Shown: positions 17,270 to 27,262, counted from the first letter of the stretch. The stretch: DNA of 64,000 bases from Candidatus Doudnabacteria bacterium RIFCSPHIGHO2_12_FULL_48_16 (GCA_001780035.1 MFEY01000007.1:198343-262342), one strand, 5' to 3'. A program made the numbers and translations. Notes: a model not told the origin generated them from the letters alone.

Positions 17270-18253
17270 TTAACCAAGGTTGTGCAAGAGCCGCTCATAA
17301 GCCTGGGCGACTTCGGCCCGGACGTCGTAACCGTGCAGTTTCAGCATAGAAGCATTGGCAATCGTGCTCGAGGTGACGGTATTGTTTTCCGCCAGCTTGA
17401 AAGTGTGGCGGATATGGATCCGACGCAAAATCGGTTCAGCCAGAGCCGCGGGCAGCCAGAGGATCGTCTCCAGTAGGAATTTGATGACCGAAACCAAGAG
17501 CTCGCTGCGACGAACCGAGGACAAACGAGCCATCGGCTTGAAATTGGGGAAGTAACCGGTCAGCCACTGGTTCTGCTGCATCAATTGCCAATAATACCTA
17601 GCGCCCGTGACCGGCCGCATGCTGGCCAGCCAGAACATAAAATACGGATCCGCCGGAGAAATCAGCAATGGTTCAAAATTTAAATGGCGCGGGGTGACGA
17701 AAAATCCAAAACAAAACTTATCTTTGATTTTCTGCCGGGTTTTGTAAACGCCCAGCAGCCGGAACAGGACAATGATCAGGGAGCGGACAAAATAGAGGCG
17801 TCGATGTTTGGCAATGACGAAAAAATCGATATCCGAATCGCCATCCGCCGTACCCAAAGCCAGGCTGTTGATGACTGCGACGCTGCGCACAAACGGCAGG
17901 ACGGCCAGCCAATGAAAATACTGGTCAATCTTGGCCCACTTCTCGGCCAGGACCGCCTGGTTAGCCTGGTAAGCAGACGACCGCCAGGCTTTAACCGAAT
18001 AAAGATTGCCCGCCTGAATGACTTTTTGATCGAGGACTAAGCCGGCCAGCGCCTGCTCAACCTGGGGCAGGGTCGCGATTTGCTCAAGTAACAATTCGTG
18101 CACGCGGCGCGAAGAGAGCGGCAATTCGTAGAGCGCAAAAAACGCCAAGGTAGACACTACGGCTTGTTGCAGACGCTGATCTAGTTTAGTGTCGGCCGAC
18201 GTTTCAGTCGGCCCCCCGACCGAGCTATCGCGTCGGGGCAAATCCTTGTGCAT
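17270..18253 (-). CDS. Nucleotidyltransferase-fold protein (Pol-beta superfamily) with helical C-terminal domain
   Basis: NTase motif VINSLALGTADGDSDIDFFVIAK. Likely start at internal MHKDL; the track ORF 17270..18430 has a nonsense N-terminus overlapping the upstream gene. Confidence 0.45.
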   Translation of the reverse strand: MHKDLPRRDSSVGGPTETSADTKLDQRLQQAVVSTLAFFALYELPLSSRRVHELLLEQIATLPQVEQALAGLVLDQKVIQAGNLYSVKAWRSSAYQANQAVLAEKWAKIDQYFHWLAVLPFVRSVAVINSLALGTADGDSDIDFFVIAKHRRLYFVRSLIIVLFRLLGVYKTRQKIKDKFCFGFFVTPRHLNFEPLLISPADPYFMFWLASMRPVTGARYYWQLMQQNQWLTGYFPNFKPMARLSSVRRSELLVSVIKFLLETILWLPAALAEPILRRIHIRHTFKLAENNTVTSSTIANASMLKLHGYDVRAEVAQAYERLLHNLG

Positions 18254-18578
18254 CGATTTCCTTCCATTCATCGTTATAATCATCCCATTTGTAAGCCTTG
18301 ATCTTATGCGAAAATTCCGTTTCGGAAAATTTATACTCGACCCGCGCGGCCTTGCCTTGCTGGTGGGAATAAAATTCCTTTTTGTCGAGCACCACGGGCT
18401 TGGATTCGCGAACGAGCTTAATTTTACCAAGCGGGGTGGGGAAAATTAAAACTTCGGCCTTGCCCGTGATTACCGGGCCGTCCGCCGTCTGCATGATCAT
18501 ATCTTCAAAATGCGCATCTTCAACTTTGAATTTGCGGTGCAGTTCTTCTTTTAAGGCTTCCCATTTGTCGTCGATCAT
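18225..18578 (-). CDS. Hypothetical protein (117 aa, charged)
   Basis: MIDDKWEALKEELHRKFKVEDAHFED...: non-repetitive, balanced composition. No recognised motif. Confidence 0.45.
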   Translation of the reverse strand: MIDDKWEALKEELHRKFKVEDAHFEDMIMQTADGPVITGKAEVLIFPTPLGKIKLVRESKPVVLDKKEFYSHQQGKAARVEYKFSETEFSHKIKAYKWDDYNDEWKEIDAQGFAPTR

Positions 18579-18588
18579 AGATTATATT

Positions 18589-18780
18589 TCAATTCTTCTT
18601 CTCCCCTTGCGGGAGAAGATGTCCCGCCTTTGGCGGGACAGATGAGGGGTTATTGAGAATATCTTTAAGTTTATTCAGTAAACTTTTTTCGTGGTCCAAT
18701 TCGCTATTCCAGAATCTAATTACTTTAAAACCTTGAGCTTCTAAATACTTGGTTCGTTCAATATCATAGAATTTGCCCAA
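18589..18780 (-). pseudogene. DUF559 (Vsr-like endonuclease domain) C-terminal fragment
   Basis: DIERTKYLEAQGFKVIRFWNSEL matches the DUF559 C-terminal motif. No N-terminal half upstream. The tail is encoded by a two-hairpin repeat element. Confidence 0.45.
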
Positions 18781-18786
18781 CGGAAA

Positions 18787-19704
18787 TCAATGCTGGCAGC
18801 GGGGACAAAAGCTGCCGGTTCGGCCGTTAAACTTCATTGACTTTATTATACTACCACAAATTTTGCATTTCTCCCCAGCGCGGCCGTAGACCTTGTGGAT
18901 TAGGCCATAAGTGCCCCAATCGCCGCTCGGGCGGACAAAGTCGCCGACCGACGAGCCACAATGGTTGACTGCATCAGTTAGAATCTTTCTGATACCCTTA
19001 AAAATCCTATTTTTTTCCGACTTAGTCAACGACTTCACCAAACGCATGGGTTTCACTTTTGCATAATATAAAATCTCGTCCGAATAAATGTTGCCGATGC
19101 CAGCGACCAGATTCGGGTCCATCAAAAACTGCTTGAGTTTGGCTTTGGGCCGTTTATCCAAGATCGCCACAAATTTATCGATCGTGAAGTTTGTTGCCAA
19201 GGGTTCGGGGCCGTAATTTTGCAGCTCGGGCACCCGGGGCAATTCCCGGTCCGTCACCAACTTGAGGTAGCCAAACTGGCGGAAGTCATTATAAAAAAGT
19301 TTCGAGCCGTCCGTAAATTCAAAAATGACATGGGTGGATTTGGTTGGCAGATGGACCAGCGGCGAGGTTTTGATGTTAAACAGCCGGATTTGCTTGTCGA
19401 GTTCTTTTTTGCCGAAAAATATCAGCTGGCCGGTCATTTTCAGATGAACTAAGATCGCATACTTGCCGGCCAAATCAATAATCATCATCTTGGCGCGGCG
19501 CTGGACATCCGTAATGGTTTGGCCGCGCAACGTCGACGCAAACGTATACGTAATGCCATCGTGCGTTTGGCGCAAGTTCGACAAAGTCCCGGGGCCCATG
19601 GCCACCATTTTGCCCATCAGCACCCGGACCGCTTTGATTTTCTTCTGTTTGAGTTTGGGCCGCAGCTCGCGCACGACCGTTTCTACTTCAGGTAATTCGG
19701 GCAT
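18787..19704 (-). CDS. mutM: Formamidopyrimidine-DNA glycosylase
   Basis: Starts MPELPEVETVVREL (catalytic Pro2, Glu3). C-terminal zinc finger CKICGS...CPRCQ. The track ORF has 12 extra N-terminal codons. Confidence 0.9.
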   Translation of the reverse strand: MPELPEVETVVRELRPKLKQKKIKAVRVLMGKMVAMGPGTLSNLRQTHDGITYTFASTLRGQTITDVQRRAKMMIIDLAGKYAILVHLKMTGQLIFFGKKELDKQIRLFNIKTSPLVHLPTKSTHVIFEFTDGSKLFYNDFRQFGYLKLVTDRELPRVPELQNYGPEPLATNFTIDKFVAILDKRPKAKLKQFLMDPNLVAGIGNIYSDEILYYAKVKPMRLVKSLTKSEKNRIFKGIRKILTDAVNHCGSSVGDFVRPSGDWGTYGLIHKVYGRAGEKCKICGSIIKSMKFNGRTGSFCPRCQH

Positions 19705-19928
19705 ACGAGAATAATATAGCAGTTTCCACGACACTTGCAAAAATTATGTCGGAATTCGACGCGAACGAGGGGTAAATTTGCACTTGCCCGATTAGGGCTT
19801 TGCAAATTTCCCGAAGTGAGCTAAGAATTCCGGATAATTTTTGCCGTGTCGCAGTTTTGGCGCCACCTTTGTCTGTACAAAGGTGGCTAAATAAAAACAG
19901 CCCTTTTGGGCTGTTTTGTTTGGAGATA

Positions 19929-21005
19929 CTATAGTTCTAAGATCTTCACCATCTGCTTGATCATGCTCAGCACCACCGGCGGCGGCAACTGGCTGTATGA
20001 TTCCACTCCTTCATCATCCATAATGGTCCAGGGCTTTTCGATCACTTTGACTTTTTTGGTGGCCAGATCCAGTTCATACCCATATTCTGGGGTCAATTCG
20101 TAATCATCCACGGATTCAGCGGCCACGGCTTTCGGGATGGAATTGCGCAAAAAAATTTTCGGCACGCCATGGAGTTTCAACAGTTGCTGAAAAATTTTGT
20201 CATCAGTTTCGAGCCGGACTCGAATCGGCTCAATCCCCAGTTCATCGCCCTCTTTGGGCATCATGCGAGCTTTGTTGCAGGTAGGATTGTCGCACATCAG
20301 ATAAAAAGCTTTGGTCGCCTCATCATATCCCACCTCGCTCGTCACCATAAGTTTGACATTGCGCGGGGATTGGCAAATCGGACAGACAACCCGGTATTTG
20401 ATCCGTTCGTCGATAATCGCGTTCGGCACATTGATAAACACCAGGAAATCCGGATGATTTTCATAACCAATCAATTGCTTGAGGAACAAAGAATAGCCGA
20501 CTTGATCCAGAGCCCGAGGGAAGCCGTCAATAAACAAGGCTTGCCGGGGCCGCTTGCTGATTTCGTATTTGATCAAAGCCAAAATCAACTCAGACGAGAT
20601 CAGGCTCGACTGGTTGCGACCCATGATCAAATCAATAGTCTCTTCCACTGAATGATAACCGCGATAATTATTCTTCAAAAATTCGATTAATTCCTGCTTG
20701 CTTTGTTCTGATGTTTCCAGAGCTTGGTGCACATCGCGCACCAAATCACCAACTGAGAGGTGGCCAACTTTTTCCTGGCCCACGATTTCCATAAACATTT
20801 TGGAGTAAGTCCCCTTGCCGGAGTTTTTCTTGCCCAATAAAAAAGCCACGAACGAATTTTTGTCTAAGTAAGCCTTTAATTTTTTAACTTCGGGTCCGGC
20901 CTTGGCCTCGAAATACTGCTTGCGCCCAGCCGGATCATTCAGATCGAATTTTTGATTAAGCCCGGCGATCTTCGTCTTGAATACTGGAAAAGCGGAATTA
21001 TCCAT
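19929..21005 (-). CDS. Adenylate kinase-family nucleoside monophosphate kinase with N- and C-terminal extensions and zinc LID
   Basis: P-loop LLGKKNSGKGT, HLSVGDLVRD, IDGFPR motif, and CPICQ...C..C zinc LID. 358 aa versus about 215 for a typical Adk. Confidence 0.55.
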   Translation of the reverse strand: MDNSAFPVFKTKIAGLNQKFDLNDPAGRKQYFEAKAGPEVKKLKAYLDKNSFVAFLLGKKNSGKGTYSKMFMEIVGQEKVGHLSVGDLVRDVHQALETSEQSKQELIEFLKNNYRGYHSVEETIDLIMGRNQSSLISSELILALIKYEISKRPRQALFIDGFPRALDQVGYSLFLKQLIGYENHPDFLVFINVPNAIIDERIKYRVVCPICQSPRNVKLMVTSEVGYDEATKAFYLMCDNPTCNKARMMPKEGDELGIEPIRVRLETDDKIFQQLLKLHGVPKIFLRNSIPKAVAAESVDDYELTPEYGYELDLATKKVKVIEKPWTIMDDEGVESYSQLPPPVVLSMIKQMVKILEL

Positions 21006-21013
21006 AAACGGTA

Positions 21014-21682
21014 TTATTTGATCGTAATCTTCTTAATTATAACCGGGTTGATTGGGAGCGAGGGCTCGTCATACAGATTGGGCTGGACCGGCACCGCAGC
21101 GATTTTGGTCACCACGTCCATACCGGAAGTGACATAACCAAAGAAGGTGTAATTGCCGTCGAGCGAGGCCTGAACATCGGCCGATTCTTTGGTGACGATA
21201 AAAAATTGGCTGCCGGAAGACGGTCCCTTGGCCTGGGTCGAAGCCATACCGATGGCGCCGACGTTGGCTTTGAGTCCAATCTCTGCCGGCACGGTGTAGC
21301 CGGGTCCCCCCTGCCCCCAGGTGGTCGGATCATCCTGCTTGGAGTTCGGATCGCAACCCTGGATTACAAAGTCCTTAAGGATGCGGTGAAACTTCGTGTT
21401 GTTGCAGTAGCCGTCGGTGGCGAGTTTGATAAAATTCGCGACAGTTTTCGGCGCGGCCTTGCCGTTGAGCGTAACTTCAAACGAACCCATGTTGGTTTCG
21501 ATCAAAGCCACGGCCGATTCCGGAGTTGGATTTTCAGCGGCTGGTTCCTCGGTCGGCGCTTGAGTTTGTTCTTTCGCGGGTTCGGTATTGGGCATAGCGA
21601 CTTTGTGATCCTTAAAATAATAAAATCCCCAGATAATGAGGCCAATGACGACCAAAGTTCCAAAAATTTTTCCAAATGACAT
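21014..21682 (-). CDS. ppiB: Peptidyl-prolyl cis-trans isomerase (cyclophilin type), membrane-anchored
   Basis: FHRILKDFVIQGCDP, GGPGYTVPAE, GAIGMASTQAKGPSSGSQFFIV, with an N-terminal TM helix. Confidence 0.85.
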   Translation of the reverse strand: MSFGKIFGTLVVIGLIIWGFYYFKDHKVAMPNTEPAKEQTQAPTEEPAAENPTPESAVALIETNMGSFEVTLNGKAAPKTVANFIKLATDGYCNNTKFHRILKDFVIQGCDPNSKQDDPTTWGQGGPGYTVPAEIGLKANVGAIGMASTQAKGPSSGSQFFIVTKESADVQASLDGNYTFFGYVTSGMDVVTKIAAVPVQPNLYDEPSLPINPVIIKKITIK

Positions 21683-21801
21683 ATCTTTTTTGTCTCAATT
21701 GCTAATGATTACTGCCTAATTTTAACAAAAATCTCGAGTTTTGTAAAGGTTGGCAAGGGTCAGACTCTATATTATATTAGTTAATCCCAAAAGGAGGATC
21801 G

Positions 21802-22416
21802 ATGGGACTAAGACACCTGGCAATCATCCCTGACGGCAACCGCCGCTGGGCCAAGCAACACCGCGTCAACGTGATGGCGGGTTACAAGGCTGGCGCGGAT
21901 CGGATGCTGGAAGTTGTGGGATGGTGCTTGAAGCATCGTATCCCCCACCTTTCTGGTTTCATCTTGTCGAAAGACAACACGCGCAAACGGCCGGACGAAG
22001 AAATCGTGGCCATTCGGGAAGCGACGTTGTATTTCTTGCGTGAGATCGACAGACTCAAGCTCAACATCCGCTTGTGTGGTGATGTACGCGACCAGCACCG
22101 GTTGTGGAACCAAGAGGCGTTCAGCAGTCTCGACTGTACGGATCGACGAAAAGCACCTCTGACGTTCTGGGGCATGGTCAATCATTCCCGAACCGATGAC
22201 CTGGGCTTCGACTTTCCATACCAACATTGGGCTGTTCCCGATGTCGATCTGCTGATTCGCACCGGCGACCGGCAACGCCTCGATGGTTTCATGCCCATGA
22301 AAATCGCCTACAGCGAGATTCTGTTTCTGTCGAAGATGTGGCCGAACTTCACCGTGCGGGACATGGACAAGGCGCTGGCCTGGTACCGGTCCCGCAAGCG
22401 CACACAAGGAGAGTAA
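21802..22416 (+). CDS. uppS: Isoprenyl transferase (undecaprenyl diphosphate synthase family)
   Basis: HLAIIPDGNRRWAK, DLLIRTGDRQRLDGF. AAAGGAGGATCG RBS. GC-richer than surroundings. Confidence 0.75.
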   Translation: MGLRHLAIIPDGNRRWAKQHRVNVMAGYKAGADRMLEVVGWCLKHRIPHLSGFILSKDNTRKRPDEEIVAIREATLYFLREIDRLKLNIRLCGDVRDQHRLWNQEAFSSLDCTDRRKAPLTFWGMVNHSRTDDLGFDFPYQHWAVPDVDLLIRTGDRQRLDGFMPMKIAYSEILFLSKMWPNFTVRDMDKALAWYRSRKRTQGE

Positions 22417-22440
22417 TTGGCTCCTTGTGTGCGGTGTTTT
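22395..22440 (+). terminator. uppS intrinsic terminator (GCACACAAGGAG..CTCCTTGTGTGC + T7)
   Basis: 12-bp perfect stem spanning the stop codon, followed by GGTGTTTTTTT. Confidence 0.65.
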
Positions 22441-22446
22441 TTTACT

Positions 22447-22484
22447 TGTAACAACTATAGAGCGATAGGCGCATAGTTGTTACA
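22447..22484. repeat. Palindromic element E1 (TGTAACAACTAT-agagcgataggcgc-ATAGTTGTTACA)
   Basis: 12-bp perfect inverted repeat with conserved loop TAGAGCGATAGG, 30 nt after the uppS stop. Confidence 0.55.
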
Positions 22485-22487
22485 TTG

Positions 22488-23060
22488 TTATTTCTGCTCA
22501 ATTTTTTTGTATACTTCGTTGCCATCGGAAATAATTTCGCCCGTTTGATAACCTGATAATTTAATTTGCGTTTGGCCAAAACTAATTTGGCGGGCTTGCA
22601 AATCCAACAATGTGCCTGAATCCAGCATAATCCGCTGATTGGTATTCAAATAAGCAATAACCATTTGTTTCTGATTGATTAAGTCCAACAATTCTTTCAT
22701 GGCGGAGGAATTCATTTCCCCTGCTGGCAGTAAAACTTGTTGAACCTCATAACGTTTCAAAACGTAAACCAAACCGGTGGCGTGGAAGTCATCGGCCTGG
22801 GTTAAAATCAATAAATCGATTTGGTGATCGTAAAACGGCAAAATCCGGCCCAGCTCCGATAAAATTTTGTCACCCGGCCCGCCATTGATCAAAATCTTGT
22901 TCCCCTGATAGGTTTGGACAAAAATTTCGCCGGATTCATAAGAATTCACATGCAATTTCCAATCCGGTCGGGTTTGATACAATCCAAAACTAATTGCAAT
23001 CAGCAGCAGCGCTAAAGGTAAAATTAAATATTTGATGAGGTTTTTGGTCGAAGTGTCCAT
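22488..23060 (-). CDS. ComEC C-terminal metallo-beta-lactamase-like domain protein (degenerate active site)
   Basis: ILINGGPGDKILSELGR...IDLLILTQADDFHATGL resembles the ComEC MBL domain, but the HxHxDH motif is replaced. Overlaps the comEC stop by 37 nt. Confidence 0.5.
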   Translation of the reverse strand: MDTSTKNLIKYLILPLALLLIAISFGLYQTRPDWKLHVNSYESGEIFVQTYQGNKILINGGPGDKILSELGRILPFYDHQIDLLILTQADDFHATGLVYVLKRYEVQQVLLPAGEMNSSAMKELLDLINQKQMVIAYLNTNQRIMLDSGTLLDLQARQISFGQTQIKLSGYQTGEIISDGNEVYKKIEQK

Positions 23061-24490
23061 AATTTATAATACCAAACAAAAATACCGGCGAGAATTAAAT
23101 AATAAACCAGCACGCTGTAGATATTAATATTCAACCCCAGAGACGCGTATGGGATTGAGGCAAACAAGCCAACTACCTTGAGAATATAAGTTAACAGCAG
23201 CCACGAGATGGCCATCAAGGGCCAGGCCAGCTTCAGCCCGACAAACCCAACAAAACCAGCGAGGAAACCAAACAGCATGGCCACCGGCACCGCGAGCATA
23301 ACCAGCAAATTGACCGGCACGGCCACGATTGACAGTGAGCCAAAATAATAAAGCAAAATCGGCAACGTGAAGATCTGCGCCGCGAGGGTGGCCAGCAGAT
23401 AGTTGCGCAGCAACTTCGGCATCCACAAAAAATATGGCTCAATCAAAGGCGAGAAATATATCAATCCTAACACGGCGGCAAATGAGAGCTGAAAGCCAAT
23501 GTCAAAGTGCAGGATTTGCGGATTAAATGCCAGCATAACTGCGGCGCTGAAAACCAAGGCGTTGGTTATGGCATAGAGACGGCCGATGTTCAGCGCGATC
23601 AAAAGCAGAACGCCCATAACGCCGGCGCGGATCACGGACGCGGAAGCGCCGGTCATAAATACGAACGCGATGATCGCAATAACCGAAAGGGCAAATGAAA
23701 TGCGCTTGCGCAGGCCCAGCCACTGCAGGAGCCAGCCGATGCCGGCGGCGATAATGCTGATATTGTATCCGGAGACGGCCACGATGTGCGAAGTGCCGGT
23801 GGCGCTGAATTGATCCAGCAGGGTTTGCGGGATCGCCCGCTTGGCGCCCAGGAGCAGTCCGCCCATAAACGATGCCTGCGGCTCCGGCAGCAAATGATTG
23901 AGATTCTCCACGAATCGTTGTTTGAATTTCAAAATATAATATTTGATCGGGTTGCCAGAATTCCCATCCGCGCTTTCCACTTTGGGATAATAAGCCACGG
24001 CATCGATGCCGAAACGCGATAAATAATTTTTGTAGTTGAAATCCGGAAATTCCTTCGGCTCCTCCAGTTTGGCCGAAAAAACCACCTTCTGCCCATATTG
24101 GTATTCGGGAAACAGCGGCACCGTGGCCAAAACTTTGCTGGTTAGTTCCCGGTCGCCGATTATGATCTGACCGAGAGTTAGATAAACCTTGTCCGTTCGG
24201 ACATCTGGCTCTTCCATAATCAGGGAGGTCGCCAAAACCTCTAGGCCGTAAAATGGCGCCAAATCGTTTTGATGATAAGTGGCTTGGAACCTAAGCGACC
24301 CCAACAGAGCCACAACGCCGGCCAACCCAATCACAACGGCTAGCTTATTTTTCCAGCCGATGGTAATGAGGCCAATAAAAAACATGGCTGCGAATGCCAT
24401 GATAAAGTGGTTGATAAATCGCCCTAAAAAAACTCCAAGAATAAACGCTAAGCAAAAAATTAGAAAAGCTTTTGATTTTGACAACGACAT
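23024..24490 (-). CDS. comEC: DNA internalisation competence protein ComEC/Rec2 (DUF4131 + competence channel domains)
   Basis: Polytopic. Competence-domain motif GLLLGAKRAIPQTLLDQFSATGTSHIVAVSGYNISIIA. Confidence 0.8.
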   Translation of the reverse strand: MSLSKSKAFLIFCLAFILGVFLGRFINHFIMAFAAMFFIGLITIGWKNKLAVVIGLAGVVALLGSLRFQATYHQNDLAPFYGLEVLATSLIMEEPDVRTDKVYLTLGQIIIGDRELTSKVLATVPLFPEYQYGQKVVFSAKLEEPKEFPDFNYKNYLSRFGIDAVAYYPKVESADGNSGNPIKYYILKFKQRFVENLNHLLPEPQASFMGGLLLGAKRAIPQTLLDQFSATGTSHIVAVSGYNISIIAAGIGWLLQWLGLRKRISFALSVIAIIAFVFMTGASASVIRAGVMGVLLLIALNIGRLYAITNALVFSAAVMLAFNPQILHFDIGFQLSFAAVLGLIYFSPLIEPYFLWMPKLLRNYLLATLAAQIFTLPILLYYFGSLSIVAVPVNLLVMLAVPVAMLFGFLAGFVGFVGLKLAWPLMAISWLLLTYILKVVGLFASIPYASLGLNINIYSVLVYYLILAGIFVWYYKLWTLRPKTSSNI

Positions 24491-24503
24491 GGTCTTAAAT
24501 AAT

Positions 24504-24564
24504 GCAATGCTGAACTTGGTTCAGCATCTATTTTTAGAGATCCTGAAATAAATTCAGGATTGCG
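24504..24564 (+). repeat. Two-hairpin structured repeat element, copy A
   Basis: gcaatGCTGAACttggtTCAGCatct...agatCCTGAaataaatTCAGGattgcg, between hisS and comEC. Confidence 0.6.
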
Positions 24565-24571
24565 AATTATT

Positions 24572-25813
24572 TTACCACAGCATGGACTTGACTTCGGCCA
24601 CCAGATTGGCCAGATCGACAGTCCGCTGTTCTTTCTCGCGCAAATTTTTCAAAGTCACTTTCCGCGCCGAAGCTTCATCGGGCCCGAAAATCACGGCGAC
24701 CTGCATATTTTTCGCCTGCGCGTATTTGAACTGCTTGTCGAGTTTCGAGGGTTCGTAGACGACCTCGGCATCAATCCCGGCATTTCGCAAATTGGTGGTC
24801 ATATTCAAATAATCGGCAGTTAAGTTTTCATCCAGATTAAACACAATTACCTCAGCCGCGGTCTGGGGGGCGACCACATCCATTTCTTGAATCGCCGCAA
24901 ACAGCCGGTCCAGGCCAATCGAGCCGCCGACCGCCGGCATTTTGACGCCCGTAGTTTTTTCCAGCAAGTCATCATACCGCCCGCCGCCGCAGACGCTGCC
25001 AAATTCCGGTTTGGCCACCAAGACAAATTCAAACACTATACCCGTGTAATAAACCAAACCTCTCATTAAATATTTATCAAATTCCATCTGCTCCACCCCG
25101 AGGCCGGATAACAGTTGGGTCATCTGGTTAACATAGCCCTTGCTCGATTTCTCCATCAGTTGGGAATATTTTTTGAGAATATTACGATCAAATCCTTGCT
25201 CAACCAAACTCTCAACAACTTTTTCTTCGCCAATTTTATCCAGTTTATCCAATGTCCGCATAAAATTCCCAATATCCTTTTTGACAATATTGAGCTTGGT
25301 TAATACCTGGTCCACCAGTTTGCGGTCATTGAATTTTACCTTCACCTCGCCAATTTCCAATGATTTAAAAGCTGCATCAAAAGTCGCAATCACTTCGGCG
25401 TCCGCAATTATTGAATCCGAGCCGATAATATCCACGTCGCATTGCATAAACTCGCGGTAGCGGCCCTTCTGGGGTTTGTCTGCGCGCCACACCGGCGCCA
25501 TCTGATAACGCTTAAACGGTTTGGGCAGTTCGGGATAACTGGCCACGAATCTCGCCATTGGGACGGTCAGATCATAGCGCATAGCGACTTTGCGGCCACC
25601 CTGGTCTTCGAATTTATACATCAACTGCTCACCCTCCTCCCCGTATTTGCCGCCCAGGAGTTCATAATATTCCAGCGCCGGCGTGTCCATGGGGGCAAAG
25701 CCAAACCGCTCGAAGACTTCGGAAATCTTCTGCATAATTTTTTTGCGCGCCAGCTGCTCCTGGGGCAGATAGTCGCGAAAACCTTTTAAAATTTGGGGGA
25801 TCTCTTTTGCCAT
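24572..25813 (-). CDS. hisS: Histidine--tRNA ligase
   Basis: Class II motifs: RYDLTVPMARF, GRYREFMQCDVDIIG, C-terminal anticodon-binding domain. Confidence 0.9.
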   Translation of the reverse strand: MAKEIPQILKGFRDYLPQEQLARKKIMQKISEVFERFGFAPMDTPALEYYELLGGKYGEEGEQLMYKFEDQGGRKVAMRYDLTVPMARFVASYPELPKPFKRYQMAPVWRADKPQKGRYREFMQCDVDIIGSDSIIADAEVIATFDAAFKSLEIGEVKVKFNDRKLVDQVLTKLNIVKKDIGNFMRTLDKLDKIGEEKVVESLVEQGFDRNILKKYSQLMEKSSKGYVNQMTQLLSGLGVEQMEFDKYLMRGLVYYTGIVFEFVLVAKPEFGSVCGGGRYDDLLEKTTGVKMPAVGGSIGLDRLFAAIQEMDVVAPQTAAEVIVFNLDENLTADYLNMTTNLRNAGIDAEVVYEPSKLDKQFKYAQAKNMQVAVIFGPDEASARKVTLKNLREKEQRTVDLANLVAEVKSMLW

Positions 25814-25907
25814 GGATTAATTTTAGCACAAAAGTAAACTAAAAAAAACGAGGCGCGATCTTGTCTGTGAAGAACAAGACCGCGCCCAGGAAATCGATTG
25901 TTGGTCC

Positions 25908-26948
25908 TTAAACCCGCCGCTTAAAGACCGGCGGGGCTTCGCTGACCAGGCACCGAATCCCCGCTTGCGCAAAAACGGGGTAATGGCAGATTGGCGCCTC
26001 GGTCGTGAAGACTTGGTTCGTCCCCACCAACTCCTCCAACACGCCCCTGGCGATATCGTCGCCGCCCGTCATCAGGATGCGACCATCAGCGAGCTGGATC
26101 AGGTTGAGCGCGTAAGGCACCTCCAGGCCCGGCAAGCGATGAACGGTGACACCGAGAGGCTCGCACACCGTCCGGATGACTTTTTCCGAATCGGCCGGAT
26201 TGACGAGAGCCCAAGATTTACGCTCCACATCAACCCAAGCCGCGGTCATCACGCAGGGATCCAAAATCAAGTGCTTGCCGCCGTCCCGACCCGTGACCAG
26301 GCAGGCATAACGATCCCAGTGATCGTTAAAAAACACTCGATCCGTCACCCCCTCCATGGTACAAAAGACGGCCACCGGCAGAGGGAGAATGCCGACCTGC
26401 AACCCGGCGGCATGAAGAGGAGCGAGATCGTCGGGATTGACCCAACGCGACTTCCCTTCATGTTCAATGATTCGTTCGCCGACCAGGATTGTATTCCCGG
26501 TCGCCAGGGTTCGTCCCCCTTCTCCGAATGGGGAAGCAATCAATTCGACGCTCGATCGGAGCAACCGCGTCCAGCCCGAATTGATGAGATTGACTTTACC
26601 CGCGCGCATGGCGAGATCACGCGGATAGATCGTGCCGCCCGGAAAAAAATCCGGGCCGACGCCAGCCAGACGGCAACCCAGCGACAAAGCCATCCCGAGT
26701 GTCGTTTTGTCCACGTCTTCCGGGTGACCGTATACAATCCGGAATTCCGGGCCCATTTCCCGCAGAGCGGCCAGGATGGAAATATACTCAAATCGCAGCG
26801 CCTCCTGTAGCGTCTCAACCCTGTCCACTCGCCGTCTCAGATCGACGGCAAACTGAGCGGAGGTTGGCGGCGACGGGAATCGCTCGTCGGAGCTTTCCAA
26901 CTGCCGAGGAAAAACCGGCTCTCCCACCAGCAGAAACTCAAACCCCAT
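25908..26948 (-). CDS. Pentein-fold (amidinotransferase/DDAH/arginine deiminase superfamily) enzyme
   Basis: C-terminal catalytic-Cys motif AQAGIRCLVSE (compare GGGxRCMT). About 347 aa. GGAGG RBS. GC about 60 percent. Confidence 0.45.
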   Translation of the reverse strand: MGFEFLLVGEPVFPRQLESSDERFPSPPTSAQFAVDLRRRVDRVETLQEALRFEYISILAALREMGPEFRIVYGHPEDVDKTTLGMALSLGCRLAGVGPDFFPGGTIYPRDLAMRAGKVNLINSGWTRLLRSSVELIASPFGEGGRTLATGNTILVGERIIEHEGKSRWVNPDDLAPLHAAGLQVGILPLPVAVFCTMEGVTDRVFFNDHWDRYACLVTGRDGGKHLILDPCVMTAAWVDVERKSWALVNPADSEKVIRTVCEPLGVTVHRLPGLEVPYALNLIQLADGRILMTGGDDIARGVLEELVGTNQVFTTEAPICHYPVFAQAGIRCLVSEAPPVFKRRV

Positions 26949-27032
26949 GATCATCCTCCGTTTCGTAACTGAACGAAATATTATAACCGAATATTCCAAA
27001 ACAAACAAGACCCCATACGGGGTCTCTGGGCG

Positions 27033-27257
27033 TTAAGAAATTTCGATGAGTTTGTGGGTGCTTTTGTATCCGGAAACGATTCGAATGTTGGACGGCGCGG
27101 TATTGAAATATTCCGCCAAAATTTCGAGCGTCGCCTCGTTGGCTTGATTATCGGCCGGGGGCACCGTGACCCAAATTTTGTATTCATCCAGTCCTGTTTC
27201 TTCGATCTTTTCCTGGCTGGACTTGGCCTGGACTTTGACTTTGATGATTTGCGGCAC
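27033..27257 (-). CDS. DUF167 (YggU-like) protein
   Basis: 74 aa: KIWVTVPPADNQANEATLEILAEYFN...IRIVSGYKSTHKLIEI, matching the UPF0235 pattern. Confidence 0.6.
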   Translation of the reverse strand: MPQIIKVKVQAKSSQEKIEETGLDEYKIWVTVPPADNQANEATLEILAEYFNTAPSNIRIVSGYKSTHKLIEIS

Positions 27258-27262
27258 GGGGG

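Noticed and set aside
17189-17270. CIRCE operator upstream of groES
   Set aside because: Only a -10-like TATAAT and SD found. No TTAGCACTC-N9-GAGTGCTAA-like inverted repeat.
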